A stretch of 63,875 nt of DNA, filler included, from Ministeria vibrans ATCC 50519 (GCA_943704425.1; 12 parts of 12 records of this genome joined end to end with filler, not necessarily neighbours in it), one strand, 5' to 3'; counted from the first letter of the whole stretch, positions 44,834 through 62,131 are shown. Notes: a model not told the origin generated them from the letters alone. Numbers and translations are program-made.

Positions 44834-45589
44834 CTAATTTGTGTCTGTGTTGGACAACGTCACACCATTTTGTCGGTAAAACTCCTGCTCAACAAGACGC
44901 CCTCGATTGTGCCCTTTAAATGGACTCTCGACGGGAACTCCGCTGCCATACTCGGAGGACGAGCGTCGCTCTCGCTGACGTTCGCTCTGGAACAAATCGG
45001 TTGCAGAGAGGCGTCGATCGTCACGATGGCGATGTGGGTTGTAGTCAGGTGCGGTCGCTTGGCCGTACACTGCGTCGTAGCTGTATTGTACCGAGCGTTT
45101 TCGTTCTTCGGGCGTCTGAAGTAAATAAATACGGAAAATGGGGTCATTTCTTGTACGTTAACGTTGAGTGACGCACACACTGCGAAAATGCGCTTACCTG
45201 ACTTGGAATGTGTGTACTGAAGTGGCCTGTAGTGCCGACTTGAGCAGCAGCAGCATAGGATGGAGGTGTGGTTGAGGATGCGGCTGTCGTGGAGGTGGAA
45301 GGGGAGAGAGCGGTGGGCGAAGATGTCGACGCTGCGCTCCATTTGGCTGCCAACGCGTTTTCTTTCTGCAAAATATATAAAGCCAAGAGTCAATACTCGA
45401 TATTGCTAAATGGCCCATGTTTCTCAGCTCGTCAATAAATCCAGCGAAAGCTCGAGTTGAGAGCACAAAAATTGTGTGAAATGAGGAGGAGATGAGGTTG
45501 CTATGGAGATTATTCTTCCTTACAGCTATCCGCTGCGACCAATTGGCAGATTCTTGTACAGGCGTATAGAATGTTGGCAGGCCTGCCAT
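44834..45589 (-). CDS. CFAP90: Cilia- and flagella-associated protein 90-like (C5orf49)
   Basis: 'SYDAVYG...DYNPHRHRDDR...SSSEYG...HNRGRLVEQEFYRQNG' matches the CFAP90 'YNQKLHRDDR...SSVYG...DFYRKN' pattern; proposed N-terminus 'ANWSQRIA/KEN'. Confidence 0.75.
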
Positions 45590-46036
45590 TGCAATAAGGA
45601 AACGGAAAAAAAANNNNNNNNNNNNNNNNNNNNNNNNNNNNNNNNNNNNNNNNNNNNTTAATTAATTAANNNNNNNNNNNNNNNNNNNNNNNNNNNNNNN
45701 NNNNNNNNNNNNNCACCTTCGTCGATGTCACAGTGATCTATTCGCGTCGGAGGAAAGTCAATGGCGATCTGTGTACGAGAAGGCAGTGCGGAGTGCCTTG
45801 GAGAGAGACGGAGTGGAGGGGAGTGAGATTGAGAGTGAGTTAATAATATTGTATGAGCATGAGAAAGCGCCCGCACAATTTCAAAGATGGGCTGCACAAT
45901 GAAGCATTACGAAGTTACGATACGCACTTTGAATCTTCAATCCTTCAAACTTTTTTTCCTAATCTCGATTTCTTATCTCATTCTAAGGTGATTGTATGTA
46001 ATATCCTTAATCGTTGGCAATCTTCACTATTTTGCT

Positions 46037-50706
<4,670 letters not shown>

Positions 50707-50856
50707 AACAAAATGAGTGTCATCACAATAAAATAAGAAAAATAAATAGAGAACGATAAAAATTTATATTTTTGATCATTCCTTCTCTCGTCGTATCCTC
50801 AATAAATAAATAAATTATTTTCATTGCTTCACATCCGATCAAGGTACAGCGACGCG

Positions 50857-51605
50857 ATGGAATCTGCGGCGCTGCTCGTGATCGCGAGCGTGCCCTTGGT
50901 CTACGTGGCGATCGTGGCCCTCAAATGGCTGCTCGGCGGCCGCGGGTACCGCAAGAGCCTCGGCGAACCCAACCTGCGCACTCTGGCGTATGCGTATGCG
51001 TCGCGCGCCGGCTGGGAGCGCTACCGCCAGCTCGTCCTTGACGGCATCCTCAGCACTGCCCTCGTCTCGCCGCTGCCGCTGCGCAGGATCGCCGTCGGCT
51101 GCCACACAGCGCTCCAGCGCGACATGGGAGACTACCGCGTCGCCAACGTCCGCCTTGAAACCGCTCCCGGCGTGTTCCTCGGCGCAAATGTGTACGAGCC
51201 GGGCGGGGACGCTGCCACGAGACGCCCTGCCATCCTGTGCCCGCACGGACACTTCGAGCGCGGTCGCTTTGGCGAGAATGTGCAGATGCGATGCGCCACA
51301 CTCGCTCGCATGGGCGCCATCGTCATTGCGTACGACATGGTGGGCTACGGCGACTCGCCCCTGAAGCACAAAGGCGTCCCGGGCGTGCTGGGAGTGCAGC
51401 TCTTCAACTCCATTCGCGTTGTGGACTACCTGACTAAGCGCAAGGACGTCGACCACGACCGCATTGGTGTCACAGGCGCCTCCGGGGGGGGCACCCAGAC
51501 CATTCTGCTGACTGCAGTTGACCCCCGCATCAAAGCGAGCGTTCCCTGCGTCATGGTTGCCTCCGACTTCTTTGGCGGCTGTGCTTGCGAAAGGTACATA
51601 CCACA

Positions 51606-51662
<57 letters not shown>

Positions 51663-52136
51663 CACACACTTCATTCTGTCGTCTTTTTCATTGGTTGCTT
51701 CCCATATTTTTGCAGTGGCCTTCCAATCCACCGCAGTGCAGCATACCAAACCAACAACGTGATGATAGCAGCGCTGGCAGCGCCACGGCCGCAGCTGGTT
51801 ATCTCGTGCGGTAATGATTGGACGCGCCACTGTCCCACTCGCGACTTCCCCGTCCTCCAGTCCATCTACTCACTCTACGACGTCCGCGACCGCGTATCAA
51901 ACGCCCACTTTCCCAGCGAACACCACGACTACGGCCCAAACAAACGCGCGGCCATGTACTCCTTCTTCATCGAACACTTTGCCCTGGCGCCCGTTCCCCC
52001 CGAATCCACTCTCTCCCTTCTCACTCCTTCGGATCTCTCGGCGTTCTCTCACTCCGACTCACTCTCTGCCTCTCAGTCTGTCTCCGAAGCCCGTCTCTAT
52101 CCCGCCTGTATGAAAGTTCTAAAGGACCCACATTGA
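50857..52136 (+). CDS. Alpha/beta-hydrolase, acetyl-xylan-esterase-like (bacterial type), N-terminal membrane anchor, one intron
   Basis: 'PAILCPHGH', 'YDMVGYGDS', nucleophile elbow 'IGVTGASGGGTQT', 'GGCACE', 'AAPRPQLVIS..NDW', 'HDY'. Confidence 0.85.
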
Positions 52137-52358
52137 AATGTGCATTGTCCTGAAATCTAACGCATCATTAAAAGTATAATAATTATTGTTTGTATAAAAC
52201 AATTGAAATAAAAAAATTAAAATACAAAATAAAATTAATTATTATTNNNNNNNCAATAGAGACGATAATTTATCATTATTATTAAAATAATTATTTTTAT
52301 TGTTTTATTATTATGTTACTATTCCTATAACAAAAATATTATTATTATAAATAATTAA

Positions 52359-55300
52359 CTATACAAAAGTGACTGAGAGGCGTCGCGTGTCAGTCTGGTC
52401 TCTGAGGGGATCTGTCAAGTCAATGGACAAATCTCGCTCACGCAACGAATGAGAAAGGCCCATGAGTCGATCGCCAGAGCCACTTCGACATGCATTGTTT
52501 CCTTCTTCCTCGCCTTCTCCTTCTCCTCCTCCTCCTTCTTCTTCTTCTTCTTCTTCTATGTCGAGGATGATCCCTCGGCCGCGCATTAAGGTGAATCCGG
52601 ACAGCTCCGCTGCGTTTGGTGTGGCTTCATCCTGGAGGAACCCGTCGGACGAAAGCTCGTGAGTGGACGCGTCGCCCGCCAGTGTGGAGGAGTCTGAGAA
52701 ACGCATCACACGGGGTGGAGACGCGATGGACGCCGCGCTGGCACTGAGCATGTCAACCGAGTGGGACGACGAGGAGATGGCGGAGGGGGTGGCCAGGTCG
52801 ATGGAGTGTGCGTGGGAGGACGTGGTCGTCTCGACCAACTGCTGCTCGTGCAACGACTCTTTGTGTGGGACGTAGCGAGGCGCAGTGGGCACTTGACGGT
52901 CTTGGCGACGGAAAATGCCACGTCGGATGGTCGAGAGCCAAGAGGAGGAGGTGGAGGTGGAAATGCCGGTGGACGACGACGCACCAGTGCTCACCGTGGG
53001 CTTGGTCTTAGTGCTGCTGCTCGTGCTCGTCGTCTGTACGCGCGGACGCAAGTGGAGTCGCTTGCGCCACTCGTCGAGTACACGCTGCTTGAAGCAGTAG
53101 ATGGCACAGATAAGCGCCCCTTGCAGCGTATTAAACACGACAAAGGGATACCAAAAGGCAAAGATGCCACTGGCAAGGGCAACAAACCCAAACGCCCAGG
53201 TGAGCCCAAGGACAATGAGGAAGGAGAGGTAGTACGAGAGCATGCGCGAGTCGGTCTTGACACTCTTGGCAGCCTTGAGCTCCACTCGCTTGCGCTGTGC
53301 TTGCTTCAGTGCCCGAATCGTCAGAAAAAACACCGTAAGATTGATGCAGAACAGTATCGCAACCGGCGCCACAAAAAACCCAATCAGACCGCCGCGAGAT
53401 GAAAACCTGAAAAAGTGAAAAAGAAAAACGAAAAAAAAAAAAACACAATAACAATCAGTAATGAATCAGTGTCACAACCCCTTTTCAAAAACAAAAACAA
53501 CGTACCAACAACGAGAGTCGGAACCAAACTCAAGGGAGTAGTCTGTCGCGGCATCGATGATAAGCGCGAGAAGTGCAAGGGCAACGGGAAGACCCCAGGA
53601 AAAGGCAAAGTAGCGACGGAAGAAGTTCTTATCACCAACACGCACTTCAATGAGATTGAGGTAGAGCGAGTGTGCAAAGCAGAGCATCCAACAGAACTGG
53701 CCCATTACAAAGACGTAGAGGAAAAAGGCGCTAGTGCGACACGCGGCAGTGTTGGCCGTGCGGTCGACGCCCGTCAGGAAGACCAGGTTGGTCAGGAAAA
53801 TCGCCGCGCTGAGGTTGAGCAGCAGCACCATCTGGTGGTTGCGCAGCTTACGCAGCACAGTAAATGTCACGAGAAATATAGCCGCGCCCAGCATGCTCAG
53901 AATACAGCCGACATACGTGAGCACCACGAGCGTCGTCTGGTTGCTGTTCGTGTCAAACCGCGCGTCCAGCAACACCGCAAAGTTGGTCAAATGGTTACAA
54001 CGACAAACGGTGCGAAGTGCGTCGCTCGAGACCATCTCACACCCGCGCGTCGACCACACCTCCTCAAAGGTGTCCCAAAACACACACGTGCGTGAGCCCG
54101 TCGATTGGCTGCGGTGGACCAGTGCCACTTCAACCTGCTCTGCTCCCACAATGTCTAGCGTGACGACTCCTTCAAAGCCAAACGAGATGACGGCCGAGTC
54201 TATTGCCTCCGTCTGATTGGCAATGTGCGACGCAAATGTTGACTGTTCATACACCACAAAGTGCCGCACATAACACAACTGTGACGGAGATCCATTGGAC
54301 GCAGTGGATGCCCCGGCGATGGTGAGGCTAGCGCCAATCGAAGAGGGAACCATAATAGAGGCACCACCACCCGCAACGGAGTACGTCTGGTTCAAGTGAG
54401 TGCCATCGGCAACGCCCGTCTCAACCTTCAGGTTGGCCGCCGCGGCATTGCGTGGGGACGCATTGCACGTCACATTGACACTGAGAGCATGGGCAAACTT
54501 TTCAACGACCAACGAGAGGCCGTTGGCGCCCACACCTCGCAGACTTTTTGAATTGGAAGGATCCGCCATCGAGTTGAGTGCATCGAGAACCGCCTCTTCC
54601 ACCGAGGCACTGCCGTTAGACGGGCTCAGTTGCAGAAATATCACGACACTGTCAAGCGCATTCAAGAGCACCTGCGCAGAGTACAGCGGGTCGGTCCCAT
54701 CTGCCCATGCGCTCTTTGACGTGTTGGTAACGGCCGACGACACCTTGAGAGCCCCATCAACACTTGTTACGCTGGTGAGTCCCTCCAGTGTCGAGATGGA
54801 GCACACAACCGAACCGTCTGCCCCACTGCCCGTCACTGTCAGCGCCGACGTCGCCACGGGCGCAAACATGTCGCGCACGGTAGATGCACACAACTCAGGA
54901 TTCGCCACGAACACAATCTCACCAGAGACAGTGTGAAGGGCCGAGGCAAACGCACGCACAGTGAGCAGTCTTGGATTCGAGTCAAACGTCAGTGAACCGC
55001 CCACAAATGCAAGTGAGACAAACGAGTGCGAAGTGGCGCCCAACCGGCTCAGTCGGCTGTTCAAGCGAACCACAAGCGAACTGCCAATGGAAGCAAGAAG
55101 GGGAGTGGTCACTCCGATGAGTTGCACATTGGACGTGAACTCAACTGAGCCACCGACACTCGCAAGTGCTTCCATCGAGACGTTTGTCAATGCACCATTG
55201 TCGTCAAACACGACGTCACCTTCAATCGCTTGCACTGCATTCATGTTGACAAAGAGCCTCAGACTGTGCATGCGTGCAACACGAAGCGCACCGCTGAGAT

Positions 55301-56873
55301 GTGTTACAGTGTGAAAGGCCGTAAAGTCTGTCAAAAGAGCATTGTCAACGAGACTCAGGCTGGCCAGATGTGACGGACCCACACTGCCTGTGCAGTGGAC
55401 GTACGCCAGTGAAGGATTGCGACTTATCACAATGGCGACACCTTTGTTGTTGTAGTGGGGAGCATCGAAGAGACAGTCGCCGCCAGGCGAGAGCGAGAGA
55501 CTCGCCAAGAGGAAATTGTCGAGAATGTCAATGGTGGACGGGAGACCCTGAGCGACACGGACCCCTTGCACACTTGTGAGACGGTTATTCTGACGGAGAG
55601 AAAAGGATTGTGTGTTCGAAAGGTCGGGCAGTCCCTCGAGAGAAGTAAGGCCATGCAATTGAGTGAGTTCGACACGGGACACGTTTGGTGTGAGTGCGAC
55701 TGAGCTGAGCGGGTAGAGAGATGTAATGTTGGGCAGATTGGACAGAGAGAGTGTGCCACCAACGACAAGAGATGAGGACAGTGCTGGCAAAGGCAGCTCG
55801 GGCAGTAGTGGCAGGTCCTTGAGCGTAAAGTTTCTACCCACAAAGACAAGACGCTCGAGTCGATGAGTGACGTCAGCGAGAATTGAAAGATTTGCAAACG
55901 TGAGTGATCCGTCGACACGCTCGAGATTTTGGAGACCATCGAGGGACGTGAGTTTCGGTAGATTCTGCAGTGAGATGCTTCCGGTGATGTTGACAGTGTT
56001 GGCAAGGCCCGGCAAAAGCGAGTCGATGTTGGTCGTGTCGCCAATGAAGAGCGATCCGTAGAGCGTTGTGCAGCCGGAGAGGCGCTCGAGGGCCGAACGC
56101 ACGAAGAGCGGCTCAGTCAACCGACAGTGGGATTGACAAAGTGGTCCGGCATAGAACGGAGGGCACACGCAGAGGAACCCGCCGCCGCCACTGATTGGCT
56201 GAGCAACGCAGGTAGCGCCGTTGGAGCAGGGTGACGAAACGCAGTCAGCCGACAATGCTGGAATGTTGCAATTGGGACCTGTGTGTGACTGAGGACAAGC
56301 GCAAAGATAGGTTGTCGCGGGATGCGGCAGGGAATGACATGTGCCGCCATTCTCGCAGGGTGAGGAGTCGCACGGGGAAAACACCGCCTGGATGCACAAG
56401 GCGGAGACAGTGCCACCAAAAAGGGTCTCGTGACACGTGTCGCCTGCACCGCACGGCGAAGAGGCACACGGGTCGCTCGAAGTGTCGCAGCGAGCACCAG
56501 TGAACTCCGTGGGGCACACGCAAGTCCAGGTGCCGCCCGAGTCAACACACGTGCCCGAGTTGGCACAGGGACTCGAAAGGCACGACGACGCTACGGTCTC
56601 ACTACAGTCGACACCGGTGAAGCCAATGAGGCAGACGCAAGTGAAAGAGGTACCTGACGATGCACAGTCGCCGTTGTTGAAACAAGGCAGCGACGCACAC
56701 GGGTCAATAGAGGTGGCGCAGTGTGCTCCCGTAAAGGTGGACGGACAGTCACACGCGTACCCGCCGTTGGAGTTTGGAGTACACACAGCCCCGTTCTGAC
56801 AAGGAGAAGAGTCGCACTTGTTCAACGGTACATCGCAGTAGATTCCAGTGAAAGAGGATGCGCACACGCAACG
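52359..56873 (-). CDS. Adhesion GPCR: EGF repeats + receptor-L domains + GAIN/GPS + 7TM; 5' end missing
   Basis: At least 5 complete EGF repeats; L-domain 'LSGCTTLYGSLFI...LQNLERVDGSL'; GPS 'CVFWD...WSTRGC...CRCNHLTNFAVLL'; family-B 7TM 'LTYVGCILS', 'WGLP', 'VLGLTWAFG', 'NTLQG'; intron 53505-53407. Confidence 0.92.
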
Positions 56874-56973
56874 NNNNNNNNNNNNNNNNNNNNNNNNNNN
56901 NNNNNNNNNNNNNNNNNTTAATTAATTAANNNNNNNNNNNNNNNNNNNNNNNNNNNNNNNNNNNNNNNNNNNN

Positions 56974-57059
<86 letters not shown>

Positions 57060-57112
57060 ATGGGTGGGTGTGACGAGAAAGAGAGCAAGAGAGCAATGTG
57101 TGGAGCTCACTT

Positions 57113-57893
57113 TGTGTTCGGGGACGCGGGGAGGGAGACGCGAGCGCAGGACGGCACGGATGGTCTGCGGGTTCATGTCAAGCGGAGCGCCAAACGGCAG
57201 AGCAAGGGAGACGCACACTTCTAGATCGCTTGCCATGGCAACAGTCTAAAATGTCATTGAAGAGAATGAGAAGGTGTTTGGGACGGGTGAAGATGTACCG
57301 GCTCCGTTCCAATCTGAGGAGATGCCAACTCTGAGAGTTGGTTAAGGATGTCAAGGGTCATTGTGACTTCGGGCATAAGAATGAGCGGGTCGCGAGGGTC
57401 GTTGGGGTCGGGCGATGCTTCGTGGATGGGACAGGCGCAGAAGAGAGCGTTGTGCTACACAGTCACAGTTCACAGTTGTTGAGTGTTCTTCTTTTGCGCC
57501 GTCTCGCGTGCGAATACCCTTCTGATGATGACAACGGGCCAGAGTGCATCCTTCCCAATGGTGTACACCGGGTTGGGGTCCTCCGAGTCGGCTGGGGCAA
57601 TCGCAGTGGCGGCAACTGTGCGAGAAAGAACGAGAATAATGAATCAAGTTAGGAATGCAATGCGTTTCGCGCCGACAGAGCGCTTGTACCCGCCGAAGCT
57701 TCAGCCAGTTCGCGATCCTTGGGGATCTCCACGTAGGCACACTCAAACGAGCGCTGGCGCAGCTCGACAGTGGGAAAGCGTCTGGGGACAAATGGAGTGA
57801 GAGACATCGAGGGTGTGATTGCGAGACGACGCACCGGGAGTATATCATTGCGCCTTGTGGCGTGGTGATCCACAATGCCCGCAGTGCAATCAT
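57113..57893 (-). CDS. AP5M1: AP-5 complex mu subunit, 5' part
   Basis: 'MIALRALWI...IYS/RRFPTVE', 'LWPVVI', 'ALPFGAPLDMN'. Confidence 0.8.
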
Positions 57894-58138
57894 TGCAATT
57901 GTTTATGAGTATTATTGAAAAATAAAAGTAAAAACTGAAACAAAATATTAAAACAAACAACGCAAAGAGCAGAGAGCAGTAGAACTCGCTCTTGGTCTAA
58001 TGATCAGCAATCTTGCACGAGTTGTAGCAGTAAACAAGTTTTACAGGTCATTCGAGTCTGAACTCTCTTTGTCGTTCGCACCTCAACAATAACTAATTTT
58101 TACTCCTCAATCATAACAAGGATGAATAGGTTTCTACA

Positions 58139-58537
58139 TTATACACTTCGGATAGCGTGACCCACCGCGACCAGCGCCTTCTTGGCAGCCGGGAAATCGC
58201 TCGTCTTGACTAGGATGTAGTCGGTGTCGTACGTGGACAGGGCGAAGATAGACACGTCCGCTTCGGCGAGAGTTGTCGCAATCATTGCTAATATGCCTTT
58301 CAATGCAAAATCAAGGGGCCCATCTACCCGCAACGCAGACCAGTGAGGCTCTTTCTTCCATGTGCTATCGCCGTAAGCAGACGACTCGGCGTTCTCCGGT
58401 ACAACAATCGATATTTCTTCGTCAGTCCGTGTCACAGAGAAGAAGTCTTGGGTAAACACTGAGGGCGGCACAATCGCTCCCAAGGGAGCGCGCAATACGA
58501 CAAAGGGGCCCGGGAATGTTGTAAATGACAAAGGCAT
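58139..58537 (-). CDS. Small intronless ACT-domain protein (CASTOR/GATS-type, ACT_7), 132 aa
   Basis: 'FFSVTRTDEEISIV', 'WSALRVDGPLDFALKGILAMIATTLAEADVSIFALSTYDTDYILVK'. Confidence 0.88.
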   Translation of the reverse strand: MPLSFTTFPGPFVVLRAPLGAIVPPSVFTQDFFSVTRTDEEISIVVPENAESSAYGDSTWKKEPHWSALRVDGPLDFALKGILAMIATTLAEADVSIFALSTYDTDYILVKTSDFPAAKKALVAVGHAIRSV

Positions 58538-58622
58538 AAAAAATATTAACATTTAACAGTGAGTAATGAGTTAACTCTTAACACTCTTTAACAATTCTCT
58601 TATTCATTACTATTATTTCACA

Positions 58623-58737
58623 ATGGACGATCACGACGCGCAGCGCGCCTGCTGGATCTGCTTCGACCCTGACGACGATGGCAGTGGTTGGGTTCAACCA
58701 TGCCAGTGTCGCGGCGATACACGCTGGGTTCATCAGA
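58623..58737 (+). CDS. RING-CH E3 ligase (MARCH5-like), first exon
   Basis: 'MDDHDAQRACWICFDPDDDGSGWVQPCQCRGDTRWVHQ' followed by a gtaag donor; divergent from the ACT gene, 85 nt between start codons. Confidence 0.78.
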
Positions 58738-58807
58738 GTAAGACTGCGACAATATTTCGTCCATGTTAAATATTGGCGTTCATTCCACTCTTCTCTCCTT
58801 CTTCTCT

Positions 58808-58859
<52 letters not shown>

Positions 58860-58959
58860 NNNNNNNNNNNNNNNNNNNNNNNNNNNNNNNNNNNNNNNNN
58901 NNNTTAATTAATTAANNNNNNNNNNNNNNNNNNNNNNNNNNNNNNNNNNNNNNNNNNNN

Positions 58960-61900
58960 GGCGACTACACGGACGCGACGAAGCAGACGGTGTGCAAGAC
59001 ATGCACTGTTGCGCACAAGTGTGTCAGTGGCATTCAAGTGATTTGCGAGGAAGGGTATCACCAGCCCACGGCTGGCCAGTCCACTTGTCTTGGCTGTGAA
59101 ATTTCACACTACTGCACAGCAGGCGTCCAAAAGGTGTGCGAGCCGGGTCTGTACAACATTGCCACGCTGCAAAACTCATGCCTCACGTGCAACGTTGAGC
59201 ATTCTTGCACCGGTGGAGACCAGACTGTCTGCTCCAATGGATGGCACCAGCCGGCCACTGGCAAGTCGGTGTGCATTGAGTGTGCCGTTGGTTCGTTCTG
59301 CGTGAGCGGTGCGGGCACCGAGGTGTGCGCCGAGGGTGACTACACCGATGCAACGCGTCAGTCGGTGTGTCTCACGTGCGAGAAGAACCACTACTGCACC
59401 TCCGGTATCAAGAAGGTGTGTGCCGAGGGCGAGTACACCGACGTGGGCGGACTCAACACATGCGCCGCGTGTCCCGCCACGTTCTTCTGCACTTCGGGAG
59501 TGCGCACTATCTGCCAGGAAGGCACGCACCAGCCACTCACGAGCAAGAACACATGTGCCGCATGCGCTGATGGCAGCTACTGCACCGCCGGTATTGAGTA
59601 TGTGTGCCCACAGGGCAAGGTGTGCACGTCGGGCTACCTCTTCGACTGCGATCCGGGCACCTACACGGCAGCAGCCGGCATGACCGAGTGTGCGACATGT
59701 CCGCTTGGAAGCATTTGCAACAACGGTAACCGAACGGTGTGTCCGCCAGGCGAGTACCAGGACGAGACGGGCCAGACGCAGTGCAAGGTGTGCAACACGG
59801 GCCACTCGTGCAACAACGGTTTCCAGACACTCTGTGCGGCCGGTACGCACCAGCCGCTGACGCATCAGAGTGTGTGTCTGACGTGTGCCGAGCTGAACTA
59901 CTGCACCAATGGTGTGGAGACGCTTTGCTCGGACGGTTCGTACACAAACACAACGGGCGCCAGCGTCTGTCTTACTTGTCCCCAGGGCTACAAGTGTCTT
60001 GATGGTGGCCTCGAAGTGTGCGCAGACGGAACCTTCCAGATGAATTTGGGCTCAACTACTTGTGAGACGTGTCCCACGGCGCACCGTTGTGTGGTGGGCA
60101 TTCGCTACATTTGTGACGAAGGCGATTACCAGAGTCTCACTGGCCAGTCGGTGTGCAGCACATGCGAAGTGGGCTACAGTTGCACACAGGGGGTGCGCAC
60201 CGCGTGTCCCGCATCGCAGTACCAGGGTCAGACAAAGCAAACCTCGTGCGAGGTGTGCCCCGAAGGCGAATACTCGGTGGGTTTGGCCAACTCGGTGTGC
60301 ACCGGATGTGAACTGAGCAACCGATGCACGCAGGGTGTAAAGTACAAGTGTGCGGACGGTCAGTACGCGAATACCACGTCGCAAGCTACATGCGACACTT
60401 GTGAGCCTGGCTATTGGTGTGTCAACGGTCTCAAGTATCTGTGTGCCATCACAACGTACCAACCCGGTTCGGGGGCAACCAGCTGCATCACGTGTCCGGC
60501 TGGCACACACCAGACCCAGCAGGCACAATCGACATGCACTGACTGTGCGCTCGGACACGAGTGCCAGAATGGTGTGGAGACACCCTGTGCTGCTCACAAG
60601 TACGCGCCCACGACGAAGATGTCCAGCTGCGTGCATTGTCCCCACGGCCAGTACAACGAAGAGACAGCACGTTCAACGTGCGATGCGTGCCCTGCCCACT
60701 ACTCATGCCAGTTGGGCGAGAAGACCATTTGCGCGGCGGGTACGCACACCAACGCGACGGGCCATTCGGATTGTTTGACGTGCTCCGAGGGCCACTTTTG
60801 CACCAGTGGCATTCAGAAGGTGTGTCCTAACGGCAACTTCCAGGCAGCGTCGGGGCGCAGCTCGTGCACCACATGCTCGGTGGGTCACTACTGCCAGGAT
60901 GGTTGGCAGCGTCTGTGCGCTCCAGGTGACTACCAGGAGGCGACGGGTACATCGGTGTGTCTTGCCTGCCCTGTTGAATGGAAGTGTCTCAACGGAGCAC
61001 GCACTCGGTGCGCCGAGGGTCTGCATCAGCCGCAGACCAAGCAGTCGGTCTGTGTTGATTGTCCCATTGGCTCGTACTGTGTTGGCGGTGGCACGCCTGC
61101 TGAGGTGTGTGTGGAGGGAGAGTACACCGACAATCTTGGTGAGAGCGTGTGCGACGATTGCGAGAGCAACTACTTCTGCACATCGGGTCTTCGCACAGTC
61201 TGTGTCGAAGGTGAGTACACAAACACGACCAACGAAAACTCGTGCGACGACTGCCTTGAGCGTCACTACTGCACAAGCGGACAGATTCGCGTGTGCCAAG
61301 AGGGTCAGTATCAGCCAAACGTGGGTCAAAGCTCGTGTCTTGCGTGCGACTACGGCTACTTTTGCACGGCTGGCGCCAAGACTATTTGTCCCATTGGCCA
61401 CAAGTGTGTCGGTGGTGCACTCATTCCGTGCGAGCCGGGCACGTACCAGAACGAGACGGGACGTGCCGAGTGCATTGCATGCCCGCCCGGCAGCTACTGC
61501 ATCAACGGTGAACGTACCGTGTGCGAGCCGGGTCAGTACCAGCACTCGCCGGGCAAGGCCACTTGCGACGTGTGCACCGCGACCAACTTCTGCATCAACG
61601 GTTTCATGAACGTCTGTCCGTTTGGCACGTATCAAACGCAGGCGGCTGCTTCCACCTGTGATGACTGCAACTCCAACTACTACTGCCAGAACGGTGTGCA
61701 GACGATCTGTCCCGAGGGTAACTACACAATGACCAGCAAGCAGGCGTGGTGCCCCACCTGCCCCGATCGTCACTACTGCACCGCCGGTGTGCTTATTTCG
61801 TGTGCCGCGGGTGACTATCAGCCCGAGACGGGTCAAAATTCGTGTCTCGCGTGCCCCGTGGGTGCGTCATGTAACGGCGGTGTGGCGACACGCTGCCCCG

Positions 61901-62131
61901 ACGGCCAGTACCAGAACACGACACGCCAGACACAGTGCATTTCGTGTCCCATCTCGCACAAGTGCGTCGAAGGACAGGTGCAGCCGTACATGTGCGACCC
62001 AGGCGAGTACCAGGATGCGGCAGGCAAGTCGGTCTGCAAGGAGTGCAACACGCATTACTACTGCGAACTGGGGAACCAGAATATTTGCGCAGAGGGCACA
62101 CAGACGTCTACTCCAGGGCAGTCAGTGTGCA
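58960..62131 (+). CDS. Internal fragment of a giant cysteine-rich repeat surface protein (Ephrin_rec_like/GCC2_GCC3-type repeats)
   Basis: Open frame across the whole 3.17-kb contig; ~31-aa units 'CxxGxYQxxxGQSxCxxCxxGxxCxxG'. Confidence 0.88.

Noticed and set aside
44561-44837. U1-snRNA-like start (TACTTACTT) or a small 66-aa ORF between EIF3I and CFAP90
   Set aside because: Lacks the U1-70K and U1A loop sequences and a proper Sm site; the ORF has no recognisable motif.
45714-45897. Minus-strand micro-exons 'PIFEI/IAIDFPPTRIDHCD', faintly VPS18-like
   Set aside because: Too short and cut by the contig edge.
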